Source: Desulfohalobiaceae bacterium (GTDB lineage Bacteria > Desulfobacterota > Desulfovibrionia > Desulfovibrionales > Desulfothermaceae). Taken from it: DNA of 20,125 bases. Made by a program: the position numbers and the translations under genes. The stretch is taken from the NCBI GenBank assembly GCA_021737615.1, contig JAIPDR010000053.1, positions 1 through 20,125 of the forward strand, written 5' to 3'. Positions 1 through 6,696 of this stretch are shown in pieces (within the stretch, counting starts at the first letter, position 1; each line of letters starts with the position of its first letter). The notes under the pieces are model-generated. The model saw only the letters and a program-made list of their open reading frames with translations. It did not search any database and was not told the DNA's origin.

Positions 1-183
1 TTGAAAGGCTGAAATCAGGGAAACCAGCAGCTCCGGGGCTGAAGTCCCCATGGCCACGACTGTCAGTCCAACCGCCAATTCAGAAATCCCCAGGCGCAGG
101 GCCAATGAGCTCCCCCCTTCCACCAGGGCATAGGCGCCGGCCAGGAGCAGGACCAGGCCGATGAAAAACAGAATGATTGTCAA
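1..183 (-). CDS. Ca2+/cation antiporter (CaCA/YrbG-like), N-terminal 61 codons; gene runs off the window start
   Basis: Own translation of the minus strand from TTG 181-183 gives TIILFFIGLVLLLAGAYALVEGGSSLALRLGISELAVGLTVVAMGTSAPELLVSLISAFQ. GLTVVAxGTSxPEL is the CaCA alpha-repeat signature. AGAGG lies 6 nt upstream of the TTG. It is not in the ORF track because it is edge-truncated. The start codon is uncertain. Confidence 0.6.
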   Translation of the reverse strand, partial: MTIILFFIGLVLLLAGAYALVEGGSSLALRLGISELAVGLTVVAMGTSAPELLVSLISAFQ

Positions 184-197
184 GGGAAACCTCTGTA

Positions 198-260
198 GAT
201 ATTTCCGATTTCCGATTGCCGATTTTTAAAAAAGGCAGACCTGAAATTGCCGATTTTATG
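198..260 (-). repeat. Heptamer tandem array (plus strand reads gatatttccgatttccgattgccgattttt ... aattgccgatttt)
   Basis: Period-7 units ATTTCCG/ATTGCCG. This is the left arm of an inverted pair with 390-456. Confidence 0.85.
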
Positions 261-389
261 AAACACTCATTTAACGCGGTTGATTTCTGGCTGCGGAAAT
301 CCGTGACGCCGCCATAATCGCTGTGAGTTCGTCTGCTTCTTGGCGGAGACTTGCAACCAATTCTTTGTTGAATTGAAGCTTTACTGCTC

Positions 390-456
390 AAATCGAAAAT
401 TGGCAATCGGAAATCGGAAATATCAAGAATCGCAAATCCAAAATCCAAAATCAATC
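390..456 (+). repeat. Heptamer tandem array (aaatcgaaaattggcaatcggaaatcggaaat..aatcgcaaatccaaaatccaaaatcaatca)
   Basis: Period-7 AATCNNN units. It ends on the MscS stop codon (455-457). Confidence 0.9.
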
Positions 457-1312
457 ATCCCCGGCCCGCCAGGGCCTTGACGGCCTTGGTCTGCTCCAGG
501 AACAGCTGCAGATGAGGAAAGGGAATCTCAATACCGGCCAGATCCAGAGCCTTCTTACATTTTTCCGTGTACTCCCACATCAGGGCGTATTTCATTCCGG
601 GATCTTCCGTCCAGAAGCGAAGCTGCAGGTTGACGCTGCTGTCTCCCAGGCTGGTAACAACGACTGACGGGGCCGGGTCCGGCAAGATCCTCTCATCCCC
701 TTGTATGGTGTTCAGGAGAATGTTCCTGGCCGTATCGATGTCCTCCTTATACGCTATGCCGATGGACATGCGCACCCGCGACTTCGGAGTCAGGGTGTAG
801 TTGATCACCCGTTCCTGGGCCAACTGCTTGTTGGGGACCACCACGGTTTCATTGTCAAAGGTCGTGAGTATGGTGGTTCGCAGCCGTATCTGGGATACCG
901 AGGCGTGCATGTCGCCTATGGATATCCAGTCGCCCTCCTTGAAGGGACGGTCGATGATGATGGCCACCCCGGAAATCAGATTGGCGATGGTGTCCTGCGC
1001 CGCAAAGGACAGGGCCAGACCGGCAATACCTACACCGGCGATCAGTGAGCCCACGTTGATCGAAAGCTGCCCGGCTACGGTCAGAAAGGCAAAAACAAAC
1101 AGGGCATATCTGGCAAAGCGGAGAATGAGATTGACGGCCTGCGGAGAAACCGTGGTCTTGGCCAGGGCGGTGGAAGTGGTTTTCTGGATAACTTTGTTCA
1201 CGATCCAGAACAAGATGATCAAGAAAACGGCCCCAATGACATTGGGGACATATTCCGCGATCCGGGTCATCAAAGATTGCAGGTCAATGGCTTGAAGCAT
1301 ACGTTCGAACAT
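455..1312 (-). CDS. Small-conductance mechanosensitive channel (MscS family)
   Basis: 285-aa ORF with N-terminal hydrophobic helices. These are followed by IIIDRPFKEGDWISIGDMHASVSQIRLRTTILTTFDNETVVVPN, typical of the MscS beta-domain. AGGAGG lies 5 nt upstream of the ATG at 1310-1312. Confidence 0.9.
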   Translation of the reverse strand: MFERMLQAIDLQSLMTRIAEYVPNVIGAVFLIILFWIVNKVIQKTTSTALAKTTVSPQAVNLILRFARYALFVFAFLTVAGQLSINVGSLIAGVGIAGLALSFAAQDTIANLISGVAIIIDRPFKEGDWISIGDMHASVSQIRLRTTILTTFDNETVVVPNKQLAQERVINYTLTPKSRVRMSIGIAYKEDIDTARNILLNTIQGDERILPDPAPSVVVTSLGDSSVNLQLRFWTEDPGMKYALMWEYTEKCKKALDLAGIEIPFPHLQLFLEQTKAVKALAGRG

Positions 1313-1322
1313 GAGAGCCTCC

Positions 1323-1349
1323 TTTTAGTCACTTACAAACTTTAGGTGT
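1323..1349 (-). repeat. GAAGTG/CTAAAGT box repeat (ttttagtcacttacaaactttaggtgt)
   Basis: Shares the ACTTTAG and AGTCACTT cores with nine other sites. Confidence 0.6.
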
Positions 1350-1356
1350 ACAGGGC

Positions 1357-1385
1357 TTGACATTTTGCAACGAAAATGCAAATTT
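1357..1385 (+). promoter_or_regulatory. Candidate sigma70-type promoter for the plus-strand ATPase remnant
   Basis: Perfect TTGACA at 1357-1362, followed 16-18 nt later by only a weak A/T-rich -10 (caaattt, 1379-1385). An imperfect palindrome ttgca-N7-tgcaa overlaps the spacer. Sequence pattern only. Confidence 0.25.
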
Positions 1386-1404
1386 TCAAAAAAGAGGCGA
1401 AAAC

Positions 1405-1786
1405 ATGGTCAATCCGTACATCCAACGCTCTCTGGAGCCGGTTATCAGCAAGGCTGCCGCTCAATTCCCGGCAGTAATCCTGACCGGCCCCCGACAGTCC
1501 GGGAAAACAACCCTGCTCAAACACCTCTTTGGCTTGCAGTATCGATATGTATCCCTGGAAGCCCCTGATTTTCGCGGATCAGCCCAGGAAGATCCGCGCA
1601 GCTTTCTTGAAATTCACGCCCCGCCTGTTATTTTCGGCAACACCCCGTCCGGCTATGGCCTCAGCCCTGAAATCCTTTCACAAGGATTTTCCGAACAAAA
1701 CCCGGCCTGAGTATGTCATCCACCCGGGTGAAGCCTGCTTGCCTCTGGGTCAAAACATAATGGCCCTTCCTTTTGCGCGGCTGTAA
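1405..1786 (+). pseudogene. Remnant of an AAA+ ATPase (AAA_14/DUF4143, COG1373-type) with a large internal deletion and frame change
   Basis: The frame from ATG 1405 gives MVNPYIQRSLEPVISKAAAQFPAVILTGPRQSGKTTLLKHLF...HAPPVIF, which has a Walker A GPRQSGKTT and a typical family N-terminus. After about 1636 it loses sense. The +1 frame ends ...KSFHKDFPNKTRPEYVIHPGEACLPLGQNIMALPFARL, which resembles the family C-terminus. About 120 codons remain, whereas full-length members of this family are, as I recall, several-fold longer. Confidence 0.55.
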
Positions 1787-1802
1787 AATCAAGAGTCAAT
1801 TC

Positions 1803-1846
1803 CTTTAGGCACTTTAGTTCATTTATCAACTTGAGGCACTTCTTCT
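1803..1846 (-). repeat. GAAGTG/CTAAAGT box repeat (ctttaggcactttagttcatttatcaacttgaggcacttcttc)
   Basis: Overlaps the last 8 codons and the stop of the 1819-5013 CDS. Confidence 0.75.
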
Positions 1847-4800
1847 CTCCCGTCCAGCACCTCCCTCACTTTTCCGGCGATACCTTCCCGCTGAAAGGGT
1901 TTCATGAGTACGGCCCGGATCCCCTTTTCCTTGAGATTCTCCCTGGTAATCCGTTCGCTGAATCCAGTGCAGATGATCACGGGTAGATCCGGCCGGATGG
2001 CCAGCAACCGCAGGGTCAAGTCCTCCCCGGTCATCTGCGGCATGTCCATGTCGGTGATAACCAGATCAAAGGCTTCCGGGTCTGCGGCAAAGACCTCCAG
2101 GGCCTCGAGACTCCCGGTTCGGGCCTCGACCCGATAACCGAGGCCCTCGAGCATCCGCCTGCCGATTCGGACAATGGAGGGTTCGTCGTCCACCAGGAGA
2201 ATACGTTCGGTTCCGGCCTGGAGGGAGGCTTCCGGTTTGGATCGAGGGCCTTCTTCCGCCTCGAGTGCCGGCAGGTAAACCCGAAAGGTCGAGCCCCGGC
2301 CCGGCTCGCTATAGACCGAGATCATGCCTCCGTGCTCCTTGACAATGCCATAGGCCGTGGACAGGCCCAAACCGGTGCCCTTGTGTTTGTCCTTGGTGGT
2401 AAAGAAAGGTTCGAAGATCCGCTGCCTGACCTCCGGCGACATGCCGGGGCCGGTATCGCTGACGGTCAGACGAAGATATTCGCCCGGCTCCATATCGGCA
2501 TCCCGCTTTGTGAATCCTGCATCCAGGTCCGTGACCGAGAGTCCAATCTCAAGAACACCCCCGGTCTCGGCCATGGCCTGGGCCGCGTTGGTGCAGAGAT
2601 TCATCAAGACCTGATGCAGCTGGGAGGGATCACCGGAAACCAAGGGCAGATTCCCCTGAATTTCCCGGCGAATCTCAATGCCGGCCGACAGCGTGGCCTG
2701 GAGCATCTTCACGCTTTCTTTGACCAGGGCCTGGAGTTCCACTGGTTCTTTGTCTCCTTTTTGTTTTCGACTGAAAGCCAAGATCCGCTGCACCAGATCC
2801 GCAGCCCGGTTTCCGGCTTTGAGGATCTCATGCAGATCCCGATGAACCGGGCTGCCCGGTTTGGCCTCCGCAGCGGCCAGCTGGGCCGTGCCAATGATTG
2901 CGGTCAAAATATTGTTGAAATCATGAGCGATACCCCCGGCCAGGGTGCCGATGGCCTCCATTTTCTGGGCCTGCAGAAGTTTGACTTCCAGGTCCTGTTT
3001 CTCCTGTTCAGCCATTTTCCAGTCCGTGATATCACGGGCCAGGCCCTGTACACCCAGGACCTTGCCCAGAGCGTCTTTGCGCAGGGCGGCATTGGTGGAG
3101 ACCCAGACCAGGGAGCCGTCCCGGGCGGGCATTTCCGCCTGAAAATCCTTGAGTTCCCCGGTTTCTTGCAGCGCCGCCAGAAGATCCTCCCGCTGCTCAG
3201 GAATGCGGTAAAATCGAGACATTTGCTCGCCCAGAACCTCTTCCGGGGCATAGCCCAGGATATCCCTAACCGACGGAGAAATAACCGTGATGCGGCCCTT
3301 AGCGTCCGTACGGTAAAAAATGTCCGTGATACTGTAAAAAATATCCTGATATTCCTGCCGGCTTTGCCGCAGAGATCGTTCCATGTCTTTGCGCCGGCTG
3401 ATGTCCTGAACCATGACCTGCACGGCCGGCTGGCCCTCGTAGCTCAGGGCCGTGGCCATGACCTCGACGTCGATGGCCTGCCCGTCCAGGCGGACATAAC
3501 GGTCTTCCACCGGATAGAGACCGGTCTCCCCGGCCAGCATGCGCCGGATTCTGTCCCTTGCCGCGTCCCAATTGTCCGGGTGAATGATCTCCTTGATCGG
3601 CTTGCCCATAAGCTCTTCCGGGGAAGCGGCCCCGATGATCTCCGCCCCGGCCTGATTGCTGAAAACCACCCGTCCCCCGGCATGCACGCAGATCCCCACC
3701 GGCGAGACCTCGATCAGGTTGCGGTAGCGGGCCTCACTCTCCTGGAGCAATTGCTCGGCCTTTTTCAAGCTGCTGATATCGGTGTGGGTGCCGACCACCC
3801 GGACCGCCTTTCCCTGCTCATCATACGAAAAAACCTTGCCCCGGCCCAGGATCCACTTCCAGTGCCCGGATTTCGTCTCCAGCCTGAACTCTTTTTCAAA
3901 AGGCTCGGATTTCTGTGCAATGTGCTCAAGAATGCCTGCCTCGACACCTGCTCTGTCCTCCGGATGCAAAAGACCGGCCCAGGTCTCGTAGCTCTGGGGC
4001 AGCTCATAAGGCGTATAGCCGAGCATGGTGAAATAGCGAGGACTGAAATAGACCTCCCCGGTCCGGACATTCCAGTCCCAGAGGCCGTCATTACTGGCTT
4101 CCAGGGCAAAGGTGAGGCGCTCTTCACTTTTTTTCAGGGCCTCTTCCATGTCAATTTTTTCAGTGACATCCTCGGCCACCTTCACGAAATGAGTGATCGA
4201 GCCGTCTTCAGCAAACATGGGTGAGATGGAGGCCTGCTCCCAATAGAACTTATCATTTTTTTTCCGGTTAGAGAACATCCCCCGCCACTCCCGCCCTGAG
4301 AGCAGGGCCTCAAGCATTTCTTCAGCCTCTTTCTCCGATTGTTCACCCAATTCCATGGCCTTCCGGCCCAGAATCTCTGCGGCGGTATAGCCAGTTATTT
4401 GCTCAAACTTGGGATTCACGTACTCAATGTTGCCTTCACCATCGGTGATCATGACGATGTTCGGGCTTTGTTCGACGGCAGCGGACAATTTTCGAATTTC
4501 TCTCTCCGCCTCCTTGCGCCTGGCCAGCTCCGCCTCCAGGTCCTGCATCTTCTTTTCCAGCTTCTGTACCAAGCGCTGGCTGTAGAGTTTGTAGGTCTCT
4601 TCTTCTGCTCGCTGAGCCGGCTGACCCGGCTCAAGGCCTCGGGCCTCGGCTTCCTCCATCACCGCCTGGACTGCCTTGAGGAAATCGTTCGGCTGCATCG
4701 GCTTGCGCAGGAAGCGGTCCGCCCCCAGCTTAAGGGCAAAAGTCTCGTCCTTGTCGTCCACATACGTGGCCGTGTAAAAGATGAAAGGAATGTTTCGCAG

Positions 4801-5013
4801 GGCCTCGTTGCCCTTGCAGTGCTTGCAGAGCTGGAATCCGTCCATGACCGGCATGAGGATGTCGGCAATGATCAGGTCAAAGGGCTCGGCCTGGAGTTTG
4901 TCCAGGGCTTCCTGGCCGTTTGCAGCCGTGACGGTCTCATACCCCTTGGCCTGGAACATGGTCTGGAGCAGGTAGAGGTTTTCCAGCTTGTCGTCGACGA
5001 TGAGGGCCTTCAT
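1819..5013 (-). CDS. Hybrid sensor histidine kinase: REC - coiled coil - multiple PAS - HisKA - HATPase_c - REC
   Basis: 1064-aa ORF. N-terminal receiver (LIVDDK...DLIIADILMPVMDG...LRKP). Several PAS repeats (e.g. NIEYVNPKFEQITGY, GLWDWNVRTGEVYFSPRYFTMLGY). H-box GIAHDFNNILTAI. G-boxes DTGPGM and GTGLGLS. C-terminal receiver (ILLVDDEP...DLVITDMDMPQMTG). GGAG lies 5 nt upstream of the ATG. Confidence 0.95.
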   Translation of the reverse strand: MKALIVDDKLENLYLLQTMFQAKGYETVTAANGQEALDKLQAEPFDLIIADILMPVMDGFQLCKHCKGNEALRNIPFIFYTATYVDDKDETFALKLGADRFLRKPMQPNDFLKAVQAVMEEAEARGLEPGQPAQRAEEETYKLYSQRLVQKLEKKMQDLEAELARRKEAEREIRKLSAAVEQSPNIVMITDGEGNIEYVNPKFEQITGYTAAEILGRKAMELGEQSEKEAEEMLEALLSGREWRGMFSNRKKNDKFYWEQASISPMFAEDGSITHFVKVAEDVTEKIDMEEALKKSEERLTFALEASNDGLWDWNVRTGEVYFSPRYFTMLGYTPYELPQSYETWAGLLHPEDRAGVEAGILEHIAQKSEPFEKEFRLETKSGHWKWILGRGKVFSYDEQGKAVRVVGTHTDISSLKKAEQLLQESEARYRNLIEVSPVGICVHAGGRVVFSNQAGAEIIGAASPEELMGKPIKEIIHPDNWDAARDRIRRMLAGETGLYPVEDRYVRLDGQAIDVEVMATALSYEGQPAVQVMVQDISRRKDMERSLRQSRQEYQDIFYSITDIFYRTDAKGRITVISPSVRDILGYAPEEVLGEQMSRFYRIPEQREDLLAALQETGELKDFQAEMPARDGSLVWVSTNAALRKDALGKVLGVQGLARDITDWKMAEQEKQDLEVKLLQAQKMEAIGTLAGGIAHDFNNILTAIIGTAQLAAAEAKPGSPVHRDLHEILKAGNRAADLVQRILAFSRKQKGDKEPVELQALVKESVKMLQATLSAGIEIRREIQGNLPLVSGDPSQLHQVLMNLCTNAAQAMAETGGVLEIGLSVTDLDAGFTKRDADMEPGEYLRLTVSDTGPGMSPEVRQRIFEPFFTTKDKHKGTGLGLSTAYGIVKEHGGMISVYSEPGRGSTFRVYLPALEAEEGPRSKPEASLQAGTERILLVDDEPSIVRIGRRMLEGLGYRVEARTGSLEALEVFAADPEAFDLVITDMDMPQMTGEDLTLRLLAIRPDLPVIICTGFSERITRENLKEKGIRAVLMKPFQREGIAGKVREVLDGREEVPQVDK

Positions 5014-5026
5014 GCGCTCTCCATAT

Positions 5027-5065
5027 CACATTTTGGATTTTGGATTGCGGACCTTCGGATTTTGG
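5027..5065 (-). repeat. Heptamer array (cacattttggattttggattgcggaccttcggattttgg)
   Basis: Period-7 repeat, 13 nt upstream of the start codon at 5013. Confidence 0.9.
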
Positions 5066-5100
5066 CCTATGCCCCGGCTTCCGTCTAGTAGAGCCTACAG
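5064..5100 (-). repeat. CTGTAGGCTCTAC box (minus strand ctgtaggctctactagacggaagccggggcataggcc)
   Basis: 27 of 37 positions are identical to 12629-12665, including the first 13 in a row. The ccggggcataggcc part recurs at 19438-19451. Confidence 0.6.
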
Positions 5101-5185
5101 CTCGAAGAGAAGGATTGCGGATAGATTTCAAGAAGAAAATTTTGGTTTTTTCTCATAATAACCAGCTCTTATTCTTCATCTTAAC

Positions 5186-5211
5186 GATCCAAAATCCGCA
5201 ATCCAAAATCC
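5186..5211 (+). repeat. Heptamer array (gatccaaaatccgcaatccaaaatcc)
   Basis: Period-7 repeat that abuts stop codon TAG 5211-5213. Inverted relative to 5027-5065. Confidence 0.9.
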
Positions 5212-6338
5212 TAAAAGCTGCCGGCATCGAAAGAAAAGCCTTTGTCCAGATACAGCCTGAGGCAGGCATCCACTGCTCCTGGATCGTACCTGATGCCCCG
5301 GCCCTGCTCGATCTCCTCCAATGCCTGATCCAAATCCAAGGCCGTACGGTAGGGCCGATGAGAGGTCATGGCCTCGACCACGTCGGCCACGGCCATGATA
5401 CGGGCTTCCAACAAGATATCCTTTTCGGACAGGCCCTGGGGATAACCGGAGCCATCCAGTCGCTCGTGATGCTGGAACACGGTCCGGGCGATGGGCCAGG
5501 GGAAGTCGATGTCCTTCAGGATGTCATAACCCGTCTGGGAATGGTTTTGAATCAGGCTGTATTCCATATCTGACAAGCGGACTGATTTGGATAGGATTTC
5601 CGCAGGCACCGCGATCTTTCCAAGATCGTGGATCATGCCTGCCAGAGAGACTCCCTTTTTCTGTTGTTCAGGAAGGGCCAATTCCCCGGCAATGGCCCGG
5701 GCGAGCCTGGCGACGCGGCTCTGGTGCCCGGATGTATAAGGGTCACGCAATTCGACCATTCTGGCGGTGGCCTTGACTGTTCCCTCCAAGGCCTTCCACA
5801 GTTGGGCATGAGCTTTCTGTAGGTTCTCCTCCGCTTGCTTGCGGCCGGCCAGCTCCACTTCCAGATCCTGCATCTTCTGTTCCAGCTTCTGCACCAAGCG
5901 CTGGCTGTAGAGTTTGTAGGTCTCTTCTTCTGCTCGCTGGGCCGGCTGGCCCGGCTCAAGGCCTCGGGCCTCGGCTTCCTCCATCACCGCCTGGGCTGCC
6001 CCGAGAAAGCCGTTCGGCTGCATGGGCTTGCGCAGGAAGCGGTCCGCACCCAGCTTCAAAGCAAAGGCCTCGTCTTTTTCATCCACATACGTGGCCGTGT
6101 AAAAGATGAAAGGAATGTTTCGCAGGGCCTCGTCGCCCTTGCAGTGCTTGCAGAGCTGAAATCCGTCCATGACCGGCATCAGGATGTCGGCAATGATCAG
6201 GTCAAAGGGCTCGGCCTGGAGTTTGTCCAGGGCTTCCTGGCCGTTTGCAGCCGTGACGGTCTCATACCCCTTGGCCTGGAACATGGTCTGGAGCAGGTAG
6301 AGGTTTTCCGGCTTGTCGTCGACGAGGAGGATTTTCAT
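5211..6338 (-). CDS. Response regulator with HD-GYP output domain (putative c-di-GMP phosphodiesterase)
   Basis: Receiver domain MKILLVDDKPEN...ADILMPVMDG...LRKP, a coiled-coil linker, then HDLGKI...HHERLDGSGYPQGL (HD-GYP signature). I place the start at ATG 6336-6338 with GAGG 8 nt upstream. The 13 extra codons in the track ORF (to 6377) read through repeat sequence. Confidence 0.9.
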   Translation of the reverse strand: MKILLVDDKPENLYLLQTMFQAKGYETVTAANGQEALDKLQAEPFDLIIADILMPVMDGFQLCKHCKGDEALRNIPFIFYTATYVDEKDEAFALKLGADRFLRKPMQPNGFLGAAQAVMEEAEARGLEPGQPAQRAEEETYKLYSQRLVQKLEQKMQDLEVELAGRKQAEENLQKAHAQLWKALEGTVKATARMVELRDPYTSGHQSRVARLARAIAGELALPEQQKKGVSLAGMIHDLGKIAVPAEILSKSVRLSDMEYSLIQNHSQTGYDILKDIDFPWPIARTVFQHHERLDGSGYPQGLSEKDILLEARIMAVADVVEAMTSHRPYRTALDLDQALEEIEQGRGIRYDPGAVDACLRLYLDKGFSFDAGSF

Positions 6339-6356
6339 AAGAAGTGCCTCAAGTTG
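6339..6356 (+). repeat. GAAGTG/CTAAAGT box repeat (aagaagtgcctcaagttg)
   Basis: Lies immediately upstream of start codon 6338. Its complement supplies the GAGG Shine-Dalgarno-like element. Confidence 0.7.
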
Positions 6357-6369
6357 TTTTACATTGTGA

Positions 6370-6402
6370 ATCTCCACATTTTGGATTTTGGATTGCGGAA
6401 TT
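6370..6402 (-). repeat. Heptamer array (atctccacattttggattttggattgcggaatt)
   Basis: Period-7 repeat that contains the ATCTCCACATT variant unit. Confidence 0.9.
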
Positions 6403-6421
6403 CAGAGTCATGATTTTGAGA

Positions 6422-6622
6422 CTATTTGCTTTTTCTCGCGGTTTTTATCGAAGATACGATTATTGCGATAATTTCATCGTTTTCTTTCATGAGAGCAGGT
6501 ACCGAGTTCGTTTCAAGAATTTTCATCTCCTCTATGATCTCAAGCCAAAACAATGTTTCATCGGCTTCTTCTTCCACTATGGCCAATTTTGAAATAAAAT
6601 CAGCTACAACACCATCCTCCAA
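6422..6622 (-). pseudogene. C-terminal half of a four-helix-bundle protein (23S rRNA intervening-sequence protein family); probable remnant
   Basis: DFISKLAIVEEEADETLFWLEIIEEMKILETNS...EIIAIIVSSIKTARK matches the C-terminal two helices of this family from memory. The N-terminal half is missing. An in-frame TGA lies 2 codons upstream of the TTG start. It is bracketed by heptamer arrays. Confidence 0.45.
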
Positions 6623-6666
6623 TCTTCATTCCCCAATCCCTCAGGGGCTTAGTCCAAAGTCCACTT

Positions 6667-6696
6667 CCCCAATCCAAAATCCGCAATCCAAAATCA
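6667..6696 (+). repeat. Heptamer array (ccccaatccaaaatccgcaatccaaaatca)
   Basis: Period-7 repeat. Its last unit contains stop codon TGA 6694-6696. Confidence 0.9.

Noticed and set aside
231-262. Possible intrinsic terminator after MscS (minus-strand ggcaatttcaggtctgcc followed by tttttt)
   Set aside because: Only a 4-bp GGCA/TGCC stem precedes the T-run, which is too weak to call.
80-454. 124-aa minus-strand ORF across the first intergenic region, plus similar ORFs at 9102-9587, 11577-11810, 19239-19571, 19268-19708, 5040-5573, 6344-6592 and 6426-6710
   Set aside because: Their sequences (DFGFAILDISDFRLPIFD, IQNPQSKI, GFWIADC and the like) are direct translations of the heptamer arrays in different frames. 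They overlap real genes out of frame and have no start context.
2332-4224. 630-aa plus-strand ORF, the longest ORF on that strand
   Set aside because: It lies antisense to the 1064-aa hybrid kinase, whose frame shows textbook PAS, H-box and G-box motifs. The plus-strand translation is low-complexity (rich in R, G, L, P and Q) with no recognisable motif. This is a typical shadow ORF in GC-rich coding DNA.
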